This document shows, in pieces, positions 11,396 through 22,098 of a stretch of DNA of 64,000 nt. Every line of letters starts with the position of its first letter. Positions within the stretch are counted from its first letter, which is position 1. The position numbers were made by a program, and so were the translations under genes. This DNA comes from Escherichia coli (GTDB lineage: Bacteria; Pseudomonadota; Gammaproteobacteria; Enterobacterales; Enterobacteriaceae), in assembly GCF_024223415.1 (NCBI RefSeq), contig NZ_CP100500.1. One strand, written 5' to 3'. The notes under the pieces are model-generated. The model ran no database searches, was not told the DNA's origin, and saw only the letters and a program-made list of their open reading frames with translations.

Positions 11396-12391
11396 TCAGT
11401 GGCTGATTTTTTTCAGCTGTTCTTCACTCAGCCCCGTAATTTTCATGATTGTCTGGAAACCCATCCCTTCAGCCAGCATATTACGCGCGGTTTCCAGTTT
11501 GCCTTCCAGTTGTCCTTCGAGTCGACCTTCGGCACGGCCTTCCATTCTGCCTTCCATTCTGCCTTCCAGCTTACCACGCTCCATACCCTGCGCCATGCCC
11601 AGCGCAATGCCTTCCTCGCGTCCGCTCTGCTTCAGTTGTTCAGCCAGTGTCATTATGTTGCCCTCGTGCTGTGGCAGCCGCTCCGCCAGCGTCTGCAAAA
11701 ACCTTACCGTCACATGTTCACTGCCGTTCAGCAGATAGTGGAACAGAACCTGCGCCAGCTCTTCATTCAGCGAAGTCTGTATCAGCTGAACCAGCCTGTC
11801 CATCTGCAGCATGATGTCGCGGCTGCGGCTGTGTTTCATCAGCAGCGTCAGTGCCCCCATACGACGGTGCTGCATTATTTCATCGTCATCCAGTACCGTC
11901 ACGTCCACCAGGTGGAACGGTCTGGTGTAGATTTTAGCAGCAAGTTCCGGATTTCTGAAACACTCCAGCCAGTTCATGCTGTACGGGTACGGACTCCGCT
12001 CACCGTGGTAGAATAACAGCGGGATCACCAGCGGCAGCTCATGGTGCTGTTCAAAGTGACGCTGCATCGCCGCCACCGCATATCTGAGCATCCTGAACGC
12101 CATAAACGCGTTTTCCGTGCTCTGGTGTTCCGCGAGGCAATAAATATACCCCTCCTCACCGCTGACGGTCTTCATGCTGAACAGCGCATCGCACGCATAC
12201 TGTTTCAGATCCTGGTCCACAAAGGTACAGGGCTCCAGCCGCAGCGTTGACAGATCACACAGCTGCCGGTATTCCGCCGGAAGATGCAGTTCAACAAAAT
12301 CACGGGCCACCTCTGCGGAGGCCATAAACGCCCTGAAGGCAGCATCATGCGGCGTGGGGGTATTTTTCTCTTTCCTGCTGCTCACCGTCAT
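11396..12391 (-). CDS. Rpn-family recombination-promoting nuclease (YhgA-like putative transposase)
   Basis: Rpn/YhgA-like N-terminus and the characteristic C-terminal EGR(M/L)EG repeat tail; hairpin 11368-11393 just downstream. Confidence 0.75.
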   Translation of the reverse strand: MTVSSRKEKNTPTPHDAAFRAFMASAEVARDFVELHLPAEYRQLCDLSTLRLEPCTFVDQDLKQYACDALFSMKTVSGEEGYIYCLAEHQSTENAFMAFRMLRYAVAAMQRHFEQHHELPLVIPLLFYHGERSPYPYSMNWLECFRNPELAAKIYTRPFHLVDVTVLDDDEIMQHRRMGALTLLMKHSRSRDIMLQMDRLVQLIQTSLNEELAQVLFHYLLNGSEHVTVRFLQTLAERLPQHEGNIMTLAEQLKQSGREEGIALGMAQGMERGKLEGRMEGRMEGRAEGRLEGQLEGKLETARNMLAEGMGFQTIMKITGLSEEQLKKISH

Positions 12392-12506
12392 CCACTCAAC
12401 TGTCCGGTATCACTCTTTTTTGCAATCATACCAGCCGTAACCATTTCAGTCACCGGTGCAGCCTCCGCCTGAAACCTGTACCGGAGAGAATAACATCGCG
12501 AATGGC

Positions 12507-13079
12507 TTAGCGGATGATGCCGGCCATCACAGGCCAGGATAACGAAAGGCACGCGTTTCTGAATGCCCTGAGTGGCTCAGCGCCTTCAGGTGTGGCTGCA
12601 CGCACCACCCTGTAACAGCATACCACCGTACACTGCCCTTCTGGTGTGAGTGTGGTGCCGGCCTGTTGCAGTAACGCCACCAGGAGCGAATCAGCTGTTA
12701 GGCCGGATCCCGGTGGGCAAATGAGATCCTGGCTGATCAGCAACAGACAACGTATCCCGGTGCTGTCTGTCGTTTCCCGCAGCCAGCGTAACACCACCGG
12801 CAGTAACGGATATCCGGCATGGCTTCGCTGATTCAGCTGTCTGTAAAATGCCCGGTAAAACGCATGAATCTGCCCCCCGTCACGATTTCCTCCTGTTGAA
12901 TGAAGTGTGAACTGAACGGCCAGCAGACGCGGCCAGTGATCCACCGCCTGCTGAATAAAACGCCGGATTTCCACCGGCTCTGAAAGTACGGTTTCGGTTA
13001 TCTGCACGATTTGCTCTCTTTGAATGTTTCTGAACCGGTGTCGGTGCACAGGGAAACGCATACCCACACCACCACGCAT
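12507..13079 (-). CDS. YagK/YfjJ (inovirus Gp2-like) family paralogue with degenerate HUH motif
   Basis: Aligns by eye with ORF 14155-14748, but the HYHLLLL position reads IRCLLLI. Confidence 0.45.
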   Translation of the reverse strand: MRGGVGMRFPVHRHRFRNIQREQIVQITETVLSEPVEIRRFIQQAVDHWPRLLAVQFTLHSTGGNRDGGQIHAFYRAFYRQLNQRSHAGYPLLPVVLRWLRETTDSTGIRCLLLISQDLICPPGSGLTADSLLVALLQQAGTTLTPEGQCTVVCCYRVVRAATPEGAEPLRAFRNACLSLSWPVMAGIIR

Positions 13080-13125
13080 ACCCGGTCACAGCGTCACCGC
13101 CGTAAACTGCGACCGGGAACGCGCA

Positions 13126-13548
13126 TTACAGCAACGAATTGTCCGTCCCGGTATCTTCCATCAGGGGCTCCCGGCGTTCCCTGCTGTACAGCCCGCTTCC
13201 ACACCCCGGGCAGACCTTTTCTCCTTCATAGCTTTCATCACACATCACACAAAACCACCTTCTTACCTTCACCGCATAATCAGGCACCAGCATGCCCTGC
13301 AGATACACACGACGGGATTCTTTCTCTGCCGGGTCAAGCCAGGTACATCGCAGGAGAACTTTCTCAGAGACCGTCATCTGGTCATGTTCAAACCACGGTG
13401 GTTGTCCGTCCGTGCCCCGCTTAAGCGTTAACGGGCAACCACAGGACACACAGCACAAAACGTCCTGGCGGTTGTGCTCCGCAGCTTCTTTCGCGGTGAC
13501 AAAATGGCCCTTGCTGTCATTCGCCATATAGCAGTTCAGAATTCGCAT
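13126..13548 (-). CDS. Cys-rich zinc-ribbon protein, prophage-associated
   Basis: CxxC pairs and a PWFEH motif; start moved to internal ATG to remove overlap with the neighbour. Confidence 0.5.
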   Translation of the reverse strand: MRILNCYMANDSKGHFVTAKEAAEHNRQDVLCCVSCGCPLTLKRGTDGQPPWFEHDQMTVSEKVLLRCTWLDPAEKESRRVYLQGMLVPDYAVKVRRWFCVMCDESYEGEKVCPGCGSGLYSRERREPLMEDTGTDNSLL

Positions 13549-13562
13549 ATCCCCCCCTGAGC

Positions 13563-13949
13563 TTAAGCTGTCCGGGAAATACTGAAGCGCCCGGTCCGGC
13601 AGTGTGTGCAGTACTGCTCCCCATAATAATCGTGGTGACATTGTCTGCAGTGCCGGCTGGCTTTACGCACCACGGGTAAGGCATCCGGTACAAACTGCCG
13701 TAAGCGTTTAATCAGTTGCACCTCCCTGCGCTCAGGCTGTACGTAAGGACACTGCTGACCGTGCTCCGTCAGCCCTTCGTCAGTGTGTTCAAACCAGGGG
13801 CGTTCAGTGTTGTATTGCGGGTGGTATCTGAGCGCACTGCCGCAAAGGTGGCAGGTGTAGCGGTCGTAAGGTGCAGTCTGTGCGGTACGGGCACCGGTCA
13901 GACGTCCGTTGCCATCAAACGCGAGAAAAGATTTTGCGTACATCGTCAT
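13563..13949 (-). CDS. Cys-rich zinc-ribbon protein, paralogue of 13126-13548
   Basis: Shares CxxC…PWFEH with the neighbour; second CxxC cluster at the C-terminus. Confidence 0.5.
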   Translation of the reverse strand: MTMYAKSFLAFDGNGRLTGARTAQTAPYDRYTCHLCGSALRYHPQYNTERPWFEHTDEGLTEHGQQCPYVQPERREVQLIKRLRQFVPDALPVVRKASRHCRQCHHDYYGEQYCTHCRTGRFSISRTA

Positions 13950-14154
13950 ACTCCGGGGCCGCCAGACGACACGCAGGCGTCAGCCGTCCCTTTACGGGCA
14001 GCGTGGACAGAGTGTGAATGGCGGTACAGTTAAGGGTGGAAAATGGGTGGGCTGTTGTTACAGCACTGTGGGTGTCACATCATGGTGTACCAACGTAAAA
14101 AATAATCAGCAGGATGTCGCCGGACATCAGCCCGTCCTGCTGGTTTTGCCGGGC

Positions 14155-14748
14155 TCAGCCCCGACTGCAGCCGAAATTACGTTCACCGGTGCCACAGGCT
14201 TTGGTATGCTCCTTCGCCAGATAGTCAGCCCGTTCCAGTAGCTGCTGAAAGCCGGCGTCATCATCACGCGTCAGCCACAGTGCGGGATGTTCCGGAAAGG
14301 TCGCCAGCGTGGCATGGTATCCGGCATCCACACCCAGGGCACTGCACCACGCCTGTTTAATCATCCCGGCCAGTGACCCCGGAACGCGGTAATCGCCGGC
14401 ACGGCACCAGGTATCCCGGTTGACCAGCAACAGCAGGTGATAATGTTTTTTACCTTTACGCTCCCCGAACTCCCGGGCCCAGGCGTAATGCAGGGTTGTG
14501 GGATGTACGCGTTTACCTTCACGGCGCCTGCGTTTCTGGTAAGCGTAAATTCGGGCTTTCAGGGCATTGACGAAGCGGGATATCACCGCAGCATCGGTCT
14601 CTGCGGGGTGCTCCGGCAGACGCAGATCCACCTGGAGCGCTGTCAGGCGGGGATGCACCGCCAGTGCCTGCTGCACCGTCTCACGGATACGCTTCTGCCA
14701 GAAGCTGTTGTACTTGTGTATCATGGTTGAATCTCCTCCGTGACTCAC
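14155..14748 (-). CDS. YagK/YfjJ-family protein (inovirus Gp2-like, HUH-motif replication-initiator-like)
   Basis: HYHLLLL HUH-type motif; resembles CP4-type prophage YagK/YfjJ proteins. Confidence 0.65.
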   Translation of the reverse strand: MSHGGDSTMIHKYNSFWQKRIRETVQQALAVHPRLTALQVDLRLPEHPAETDAAVISRFVNALKARIYAYQKRRRREGKRVHPTTLHYAWAREFGERKGKKHYHLLLLVNRDTWCRAGDYRVPGSLAGMIKQAWCSALGVDAGYHATLATFPEHPALWLTRDDDAGFQQLLERADYLAKEHTKACGTGERNFGCSRG

Positions 14749-15167
14749 AGACGTTACTTAAGGAAGAAGATGAGCAACAGGCTACACGTACGATAAAAGA
14801 CATTTGGGTCATGAATACACGATCTGGATGGACGACATAAAGGTGATGATCTGCTCAAACCAACCAGCGTTTATGATCGATGCGACAGACAGAAGGAATG
14901 AACTACTACAATAAATAAAATCTGTCGCTGTGTGGCAAGGAAGATTTTCTTCAGGAGTGCTGGCTTATTGGGATTTTTAACACAATTTAGAGTGAGTTCA
15001 ATCAGCCACAAATCTGGATTCCTATGTCCGGATTTTTACCACAATCCCCTTATTGATTTTTATTAATCATTCACAATCTGTGATCTAGCTCGATTGCGAT
15101 TTGTATTTGACTTAATATAATCACCATGATTGTATTAAATCAAATTATAACAACAGGCGTAAAAACC

Positions 15168-16121
15168 ATGAACATTAAAAAATCAATAGAACGAGTACCC
15201 GGCGGTATGATGGTTGTACCACTGGTGATTGGCGCCATTATCAATACCTTTTCACCACAAGTGCTGGAGATCGGCGGGTTCACCACCGCGTTGTTCAAAA
15301 ACGGCGCTGCTCCTCTGATTGGTGCCTTCCTGCTCTGTATGGGAGCAGGGATCAGCGTGAAAGCCGCACCTCGGGCGTTGTTTCAGGGGGGGGCAATAAC
15401 CCTGACCAAACTGCTTGTCGCCATTGCGATTGGCCTAGGTGTTGAGCATCTGTTCGGTCAGGAAGGTATCTTCGGATTGAGCGGCGTGGCAATCATTGCG
15501 GCAATGAGTAACTCAAACGGCGGACTTTACGCGGCGCTAGTGGGAGAGTTTGGCAACGAACGCGATGTCGGCGCTATTTCAATTCTATCTCTGAATGATG
15601 GACCGTTCTTTACAATGATCGCGCTGGGAGCTGCTGGTATGGCGAACATACCAATCATAGCGCTGGTCGCAGTGCTGATTCCGCTGGTGATAGGGATGCT
15701 CCTCGGTAACCTTGATCCCAACATGCGTGACTTCCTGACCAAAGGTGGACCACTATTGATCCCGTTCTTCGCGTTTGCGCTGGGTGCGGGGATCAACCTT
15801 GAAATGCTTCTGCAGGGTGGGCTGGCTGGGATTCTGCTTGGCGTACTGACCACCTTTATCGGCGGTTTCTTTAACATTCGCGCCGACCGTCTGGCTGGGG
15901 GAACCGGTATTGCCGGCGCGGCGGCTTCCAGCACAGCCGGAAATGCGGTAGCGACGCCGCTGGCGATTGCTCAGGCAGACCCTTCGCTGGCTGAAGTGGT
16001 TACCTCTGCCGCACCGCTGATTGCCGCATCGGTGATCACAACCGCAATTCTGACGCCAGTCCTAACCTCTCGGGTCGCCAAAAATCGGGCGCGTCAGATC
16101 TCTGAGGAGAAAAAAGTATGA
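15168..16121 (+). CDS. KdgT-family permease (2-keto-3-deoxygluconate transporter-like)
   Basis: MNIKKSIERVPGGMMVVPL matches the KdgT N-terminus; polytopic membrane protein. Confidence 0.75.
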   Translation: MNIKKSIERVPGGMMVVPLVIGAIINTFSPQVLEIGGFTTALFKNGAAPLIGAFLLCMGAGISVKAAPRALFQGGAITLTKLLVAIAIGLGVEHLFGQEGIFGLSGVAIIAAMSNSNGGLYAALVGEFGNERDVGAISILSLNDGPFFTMIALGAAGMANIPIIALVAVLIPLVIGMLLGNLDPNMRDFLTKGGPLLIPFFAFALGAGINLEMLLQGGLAGILLGVLTTFIGGFFNIRADRLAGGTGIAGAAASSTAGNAVATPLAIAQADPSLAEVVTSAAPLIAASVITTAILTPVLTSRVAKNRARQISEEKKV

Positions 16122-17389
16122 AGATGATCGTTATCGCCGACGACTTTACGGGTTCTAACGATACTGGCGTGCAGTTGGCGAAGAAAGGAGCTCGCACGGA
16201 AGTTTTGCTAACGCCGGAGCAAAAGCCTTCGCGTCGCACGGATGTACTGGTGCTCAACACTGAAAGTCGTGCGGTGCCGGCCGCACAGGCAGCGAAAGCG
16301 GTAACGCATGCTCTGGCTCCCTGGTGCAAAGGAGAGATGCTCCCGCTGGTATACAAGAAAATCGACTCCACATTTCGCGGCAACGTCGGCGCGGAAGTGA
16401 CGGCAGCGATGCGAGCCGCTAAACGGACTCTGGCAGTGATCGCTGCGGCGATCCCAGCTGCAGGACGCACAACCCGTAACGGATTATGCCTGGTCAACGG
16501 TACGCCTCTACTGGAAACCGAGTTTGCCAGCGATCCGAAAACGCCGGTTTTCTCCTCGCGCATTGCGGAACTGATCGCGCTACAAAGCGATATCCCGGTA
16601 CATGACGTGTCGCTTGATGACGTGCGACGCGGACAGCTCAGCGCCCTTCTTAAAGCTTTTGCAGCCCAGGGGGAATGCATGGTGGTAGTCGATGCGGTGG
16701 AAGATCACGACCTGTCTCTGATTACCCAGGCTATTTGTGAACAGGCTACATTTCCTCTACTGGTCGGTGCGGCAGGACTGGCGAATGCGCTACCGGTCAG
16801 AATGTTCATGCAGGAGAAGAAGGCTCTGCCAGTGCTAGTAGTTGCAGGATCGATGAGCGAAGCCACCCGGCGGCAGGTTGAAAAAGCGCTCACCCAGGCA
16901 CACGCCAACGTGGTGGACATTGATGTCTCACGACTGATTTCCTCGAAGGCCGAACAGGAAATAGCCTCTGTGGTGGAACAGGCCAGCGTGTTGCTCAGTC
17001 ACCAGAAACACACGATTCTTCGCACCAGCCGTAGTGCGGATGACCGACTGATGATCGATGCTCTGTGTACTGAAGCAGGCGTAGGCCGCCAACAGCTTGG
17101 CGAGATGCTCAGCCAATGTCTAGGGATCATTACACTGCGCATTATCGAACAGGCGCGTATTGGCGGCCTGTTCCTGACCGGAGGAGATATTGCCACTGCT
17201 GTTGCCAGTGCGCTTGGTGCTGAAGGCTATCGCATCCAGAACGAGGTCGCCCCATGCATTCCCTGCGGGATGTTTGTGAACAGCGAAATCGACGATCTTC
17301 CGGTGATCACGAAAGCTGGCGGATTCGGTTCAGACAGCACCCTTTGTGATGCACTTTATTTTATTGAGGAGATGTACAGTGGTAACTAA
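16118..17389 (+). CDS. Four-carbon acid sugar kinase, DUF1537 family (OtnK/DtnK-like)
   Basis: MKMIVIADDFTGSNDTG N-terminus typical of the family; overlaps the KdgT stop. Confidence 0.75.
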   Translation: MKMIVIADDFTGSNDTGVQLAKKGARTEVLLTPEQKPSRRTDVLVLNTESRAVPAAQAAKAVTHALAPWCKGEMLPLVYKKIDSTFRGNVGAEVTAAMRAAKRTLAVIAAAIPAAGRTTRNGLCLVNGTPLLETEFASDPKTPVFSSRIAELIALQSDIPVHDVSLDDVRRGQLSALLKAFAAQGECMVVVDAVEDHDLSLITQAICEQATFPLLVGAAGLANALPVRMFMQEKKALPVLVVAGSMSEATRRQVEKALTQAHANVVDIDVSRLISSKAEQEIASVVEQASVLLSHQKHTILRTSRSADDRLMIDALCTEAGVGRQQLGEMLSQCLGIITLRIIEQARIGGLFLTGGDIATAVASALGAEGYRIQNEVAPCIPCGMFVNSEIDDLPVITKAGGFGSDSTLCDALYFIEEMYSGN

Positions 17390-18362
17390 AACAATAGCGA
17401 TTACGATGGGCGATCCGGCAGGTATCGGTCCAGAAATAATTGTCAAGGCACTTTGTGAAAATGAACTTAGCGGCGCACCGCTGGTAGTGGTGGGATGCCT
17501 ACAGACCCTACAACGTTTGCAAACCAAAGGACTGGCAGAAGGAGTGACTTTTCGCGCAATTGACAATGTCACGCAGGCGCGATTTTCACAGGGCGTGATT
17601 CACGTAATCGATGAGCCGCTGGCACAGCCCCAAGCGCTGGAGCCAGGTAAAGTGCAGGCCGAGGCGGGAGATCTGGCCTACCGTTGCGTAAAACGTGCGA
17701 CGGAGTTGGCACTGAAAGGTGATGTACACGCCATCGCCACTGCGCCGCTGAATAAAGAAGCACTACATCAGGCGGGACATTATTATCCGGGACATACCGA
17801 ACTGCTGGCGACGTTGACCGGAAGCCGTGACTATGCGATGGTGCTTTACACCGACAAGCTGAAGGTGATTCACGTTTCGACCCATATTGCGTTACGCAAG
17901 TTTCTCGACACTCTCAACAGGCAACGCGTGGAGACTGTTATAGGCATCGCGGATCACTTCCTTAAGCGTATTGGCTTAGCCCAACCGCGCATCGCCGTAG
18001 CCGGGATCAATCCCCATGCAGGCGAAAACGGTCTGTTTGGCGATGAAGAAATTCGCATTGTATCGCCAGCCATTGAAAACATGAGGGCGAAAGGAACAGA
18101 CGTTTTCGGACCATGTCCACCGGATACCGTGTTTTTGCAGGCATACGAGGGTCATTATGACATGGTGGTGGCGATGTACCACGATCAGGGACATATTCCG
18201 CTCAAACTGCTTGGATTCTATGATGGCGTGAATATCACCGCCGGTCTGCCGTTTATTCGTACCTCTGCTGATCACGGGACTGCGTTTGATATTGCCTGGA
18301 CGGGCAAAGCAAAATCTGAGAGCATGGTCATATCGATTAAACTGGCAATGCAACTGGCATAA
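17379..18362 (+). CDS. PdxA-family NAD-dependent dehydrogenase (PdxA2-like 4-phospho-hydroxy-acid dehydrogenase)
   Basis: IAITMGDPAGIGPE plus MYHDQGH/ADHGTAFD motifs; GTG start overlapping the kinase stop. Confidence 0.75.
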   Translation: MVTKTIAITMGDPAGIGPEIIVKALCENELSGAPLVVVGCLQTLQRLQTKGLAEGVTFRAIDNVTQARFSQGVIHVIDEPLAQPQALEPGKVQAEAGDLAYRCVKRATELALKGDVHAIATAPLNKEALHQAGHYYPGHTELLATLTGSRDYAMVLYTDKLKVIHVSTHIALRKFLDTLNRQRVETVIGIADHFLKRIGLAQPRIAVAGINPHAGENGLFGDEEIRIVSPAIENMRAKGTDVFGPCPPDTVFLQAYEGHYDMVVAMYHDQGHIPLKLLGFYDGVNITAGLPFIRTSADHGTAFDIAWTGKAKSESMVISIKLAMQLA

Positions 18363-18371
18363 TTTCCTGTT

Positions 18372-19142
18372 ATGAAAGGACAACACCGTCTGGATAAAAT
18401 AGTGGCGTATTTGAAAAATCATACGCTGGCGACCGTGGAACAACTTGTAGATGTGGTAGAAGCATCGCCCGCGACGATCCGACGTGATCTGATCAAACTG
18501 AATAAACAGGGTGTGATCAGCCGCAGCCACGGAGGTGTTGCCCTGCGGCGTTTTGAACCCGCGCAACCCACAACCAATGAAAAGCAATTACGATCGCCTG
18601 CGGAAAAGCGGGCGATCGCGCGTTTTGCAGCCTCAATAGTACAGGCCGGCGACGCAGTGGTTTTGGACGCCGGCACCACCATGCTGGAGTTGGCTAAATG
18701 CCTGACTCATTTGCCACTCAGGGTGATCACGGTCGATCTGCATATCGCCCTGTTTTTGTCCGAATTTCCCCAGATTGAAGTCACCATTGTGGGTGGTCGT
18801 ATTGATGAAAGCAGTCAGTCCTGTATCGGCGACTTTGGTCGCAAAATGTTACGTAGCGTCTACCCTGATATCGCATTCATGAGCTGTAACACCTGGAGTA
18901 TGGAAAAAGGTGTCACAACTCCGACGGAGGACAAAGCAGGACTCAAGCAGGAGATTATCGCTAACGCCCAACGTAAGGTTCTACTGGCCGACAGCAGCAA
19001 ATATGGCGCGCATTCGCTGTTCAACGTAACGCCGCTGAGCAGTTTTACCGATGTTGTGACCGATGTGCATCTGCCACGCCCTGTCCAGGCAGAGCTGGAA
19101 GCCCACTCCATTGCCCTTACGCTAGTCCAGCCTGGATTTTAA
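18372..19142 (+). CDS. DeoR-family transcriptional regulator
   Basis: N-terminal HTH ([22 protein letters not shown]) with DeoR-type C-terminal domain. Confidence 0.8.
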   Translation: MKGQHRLDKIVAYLKNHTLATVEQLVDVVEASPATIRRDLIKLNKQGVISRSHGGVALRRFEPAQPTTNEKQLRSPAEKRAIARFAASIVQAGDAVVLDAGTTMLELAKCLTHLPLRVITVDLHIALFLSEFPQIEVTIVGGRIDESSQSCIGDFGRKMLRSVYPDIAFMSCNTWSMEKGVTTPTEDKAGLKQEIIANAQRKVLLADSSKYGAHSLFNVTPLSSFTDVVTDVHLPRPVQAELEAHSIALTLVQPGF

Positions 19143-19429
19143 AGGGACCGTTCACAGTTATCAGGACGGACGGCATGTTGCGCCAACAGTCTTACCTGTG
19201 AACTGTATAGTGAACGTCTTTATGCTTATGGCAGTAAATCCACCAGTTGCAAACATCCCCCGCTGACCGGGGGAAAGTATTCATGTACCTGTTGTTGATT
19301 TACTGATGTCCATATCGGACATTCAGCATGATACGCGTTGTCATCCGGAACACGACTCTCTGTCGTATAAATATACCCCCGGATGAACGCTGTTTCGGAT
19401 GTGCGTACCTGGGGGCCTCAGGTGACAGC

Positions 19430-20464
19430 TCAGACGGTGGTCATATCAATAACGATTCTGCCGTTGATTTTTCCTGCGCGCATGCGGCCGAATACAGAGT
19501 TGATATTTTCCAGTGGCTCCGTGGTGACCTCTGCATGAACCTTGTGCTGACCGGTAAAGAAGAGAGCTTCCTGCAAATCCTTACGGGTCCCTACAATAGA
19601 ACCCCTCACAGTTATACCATCAAGCACCATATCGAATATCGACAAATCAAATTTCCCCGGCGGCAGACCGTTCAGTACCATCGTTCCGCCACGACGCATC
19701 ATACCTGTGGCCTGAGAAAATGCGGCTGGTGACACTGCCGTGACCAGTACACCATGTGCACCACCAGTTTCTGCATGAATGCGCTGTACCGGATTTTCAC
19801 GCACGGCGTTCACCACAACAGAGGCTCCAAGTCTGCAGGCCAGCTCCAGTTTACTGTCATCCACATCAACAGCCGCAACATTCATCCCCATCGCGGCGGC
19901 ATACTGAACGGCCAGATGTCCCAGTCCTCCGACACCGGAAATCACCACCCATTCCCCCGGGCGGGCTTCCGTCATTTTCAGTCCTTTGTAAACAGTCACG
20001 CCGGCGCAAAGCACGGGGGCTATATGGTGAAAATCAACATTATCCGGAAGAAGTCCGACATAATTCGCATCCGCAAGACAGTATTCCGCAAACGTGCCAT
20101 TCACCGAATAACCAGCATTTTGTTGGGAATGACACAGGGTTTCCCAGCCCCCCAGGCAATGCTCACAGTAGCCGCATGCAGAATACAGCCAGGGAACCCC
20201 TACCCGATCGCCTTCCCTGATATGTTTTACGCCGGCACCCACGGCCACCACGTGACCTACCCCTTCATGTCCCGGAATAAACGGCGGACGTGGTTTGACT
20301 GGCCAGTCACCATCTGCAGCATGAAGATCGGTATGGCATACCCCCGTGGCTGCTATTCTGACCAGAATTTTTCCGGGTTCAATGGCCGGCACGGTAACTT
20401 CATCAATAACCAGCGGTTTTCCAAATTCTGTGACAATAGCGGCTTTCATGGTTTTGAGTTGCAT
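19430..20464 (-). CDS. Zinc-dependent alcohol dehydrogenase (AdhP-like)
   Basis: GVCHTDLH and GHEGVG zinc-binding motifs, GLGGLG NAD-binding motif. Confidence 0.85.
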   Translation of the reverse strand: MQLKTMKAAIVTEFGKPLVIDEVTVPAIEPGKILVRIAATGVCHTDLHAADGDWPVKPRPPFIPGHEGVGHVVAVGAGVKHIREGDRVGVPWLYSACGYCEHCLGGWETLCHSQQNAGYSVNGTFAEYCLADANYVGLLPDNVDFHHIAPVLCAGVTVYKGLKMTEARPGEWVVISGVGGLGHLAVQYAAAMGMNVAAVDVDDSKLELACRLGASVVVNAVRENPVQRIHAETGGAHGVLVTAVSPAAFSQATGMMRRGGTMVLNGLPPGKFDLSIFDMVLDGITVRGSIVGTRKDLQEALFFTGQHKVHAEVTTEPLENINSVFGRMRAGKINGRIVIDMTTV

Positions 20465-20494
20465 TTTTGATTCCTCTGTTAGCGAAAGACAAAA

Positions 20495-22015
20495 TCAGAA
20501 CAGACCAGCCGGTGATGTGTCATAACTGACCAGAATATTTTTAACCTGCTGATAGTGGCTGAGAGCCAGCTTATGTGTTTCCCTGCCAATACCAGAATTT
20601 TTATACCCTCCGAATGCGGCATGTGCCGGGTAATAATGGTAACAGTTTGTCCATATACGCCCGGCCTGGATCCCTTTTCCCATTCTCCATGCCCGGTTTA
20701 TATCTGTCGTCCACACACCCGCGCCAAGTCCGTATTCCGTATCGTTGGCGATACTGAGCGCCTCTTCTTCTGTCCTGAACGTGGTTATGCCAATGACAGG
20801 TCCGAAGATTTCCTCCCTGAAACATCGCATCTGATTATGGCCTTTGATCAGGGTCGGCTGAATGTAGAAGCCATTCTGTAAATGTCCCTCGTGGATGACA
20901 GGTGCACCACCGGTGAGTATTTCTCCGCCCTCATCCCTTGCTATGCGGATCCAGGAAAGGATCCTGTCATACTGTTCCCGGGAAGCCTGTGCACCTATCA
21001 TTGTGTCTGTATCAAACGGATCTCCACGGCGGATATTTTCGATTTTATGCAGAACCCGCTCCACAAAAGCCTGAAAGATCGTTTCCTGAACCAGGATACG
21101 TGAGGGACAGGTACAGACCTCCCCCTGATTAAAGAAGCCAAGTACAGCACCTTCAACCGCCTTTTCAAGGTAGCTGTCATCTCCGTTCATCACATCGTCA
21201 AAGAAAATATTGGGGGATTTACCGCCCAGTTCGACTGTACTGGGGATAATATTTTCAGCTGCGCAGGAGAGAATATGCCGCCCGACGGGCGTGGAGCCTG
21301 TGAATGCAATTTTATCGATACGACGGCTGCGGGCCAGAGCTTCACCAGCTTCCTGCCCGAAACCATGAACAACGTTAAGCACACCCGGCGGTAAAAGATC
21401 ACCGATTAATTCCAGCAGTACGCAAATACCCAGAGGGGTCTGTTCTGCGGGCTTCAGTACCACACAGTTTCCTGCCGCAAGTGCCGGTGCCAGTTTCCAG
21501 GCCGCCATCAGCAAAGGAAAATTCCATGGAATAATCTGACCGACCACTCCCACAGGTTCATAGATGTGCCATGCCATCATATCCCTGCCCACCTCTGCTG
21601 CACTGCCTTCCTGCGCCCGGAGACAGCCCGCAAAATAACGGAAGTGGTCAACTGCCAGTGGAATATCGGCCGCGAGTGTTTCGCGTACCGGCTTGCCGTT
21701 ATCCCAGGTTTCTGTCAGTGCCAGGATTTCTGTGTTCGCTTCAATACGATCGGCAATGGCAAGCAGTATATTCGCCCGCTCCGTGACCGGTGTTGCCCCC
21801 CATCGGGCTCTGGCCTCATGTGCCGCAGTGAGCGCGCTTTCAATATCCATCTCACCCGAACGTGGGAATTCAGCAATATTTTCTCCGGTAACAGGAGTGG
21901 TGCTGGTGAACCATCGCCCGCCGACAGGATCAACAAACTGACCGTTGATAAAGTTACCGTAGCGTTTTTTGAATGACACTTTTGAGCCGGGTAATCCCGG
22001 ATGTATGTATTTCAT
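20495..22015 (-). CDS. NAD-dependent aldehyde dehydrogenase (AldB-like)
   Basis: Collinear by eye with E. coli AldB; ELGGKSP and catalytic Cys context GEVCTCPSR. Confidence 0.9.
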   Translation of the reverse strand: MKYIHPGLPGSKVSFKKRYGNFINGQFVDPVGGRWFTSTTPVTGENIAEFPRSGEMDIESALTAAHEARARWGATPVTERANILLAIADRIEANTEILALTETWDNGKPVRETLAADIPLAVDHFRYFAGCLRAQEGSAAEVGRDMMAWHIYEPVGVVGQIIPWNFPLLMAAWKLAPALAAGNCVVLKPAEQTPLGICVLLELIGDLLPPGVLNVVHGFGQEAGEALARSRRIDKIAFTGSTPVGRHILSCAAENIIPSTVELGGKSPNIFFDDVMNGDDSYLEKAVEGAVLGFFNQGEVCTCPSRILVQETIFQAFVERVLHKIENIRRGDPFDTDTMIGAQASREQYDRILSWIRIARDEGGEILTGGAPVIHEGHLQNGFYIQPTLIKGHNQMRCFREEIFGPVIGITTFRTEEEALSIANDTEYGLGAGVWTTDINRAWRMGKGIQAGRIWTNCYHYYPAHAAFGGYKNSGIGRETHKLALSHYQQVKNILVSYDTSPAGLF

Positions 22016-22081
22016 GACATTCTCCCTGAGCGAAATTCAGTGTACGTTCATGCAGGAACAAAACTGTTGCAGATAACCTTA

Positions 22082-22098
22082 AGCAACACCCATGCCAC
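22082..22098 (-). promoter_or_regulatory. Candidate sigma-54 (-24/-12) promoter for the aldehyde/alcohol dehydrogenase operon
   Basis: Minus strand reads TGGCAT-N5-TTGCT with GG…GC spacing as in the TGGCAC-N5-TTGCW consensus, about 70 bp upstream of the ALDH start. Confidence 0.5.

Noticed and set aside
11354-12016. 220-aa plus-strand ORF
   Set aside because: Lies antisense within the Rpn nuclease gene; the translation is a mirror-frame artefact of the repeat-rich coding strand
16036-16680. 214-aa minus-strand ORF
   Set aside because: Antisense to the KdgT-like and kinase genes; Ala/Arg/Ser-rich typical of GC-rich antisense frames
19754-20470. 238-aa and 154-aa plus-strand ORFs
   Set aside because: Entirely antisense to the well-supported alcohol dehydrogenase gene; His/Arg/Pro-rich shadow ORFs
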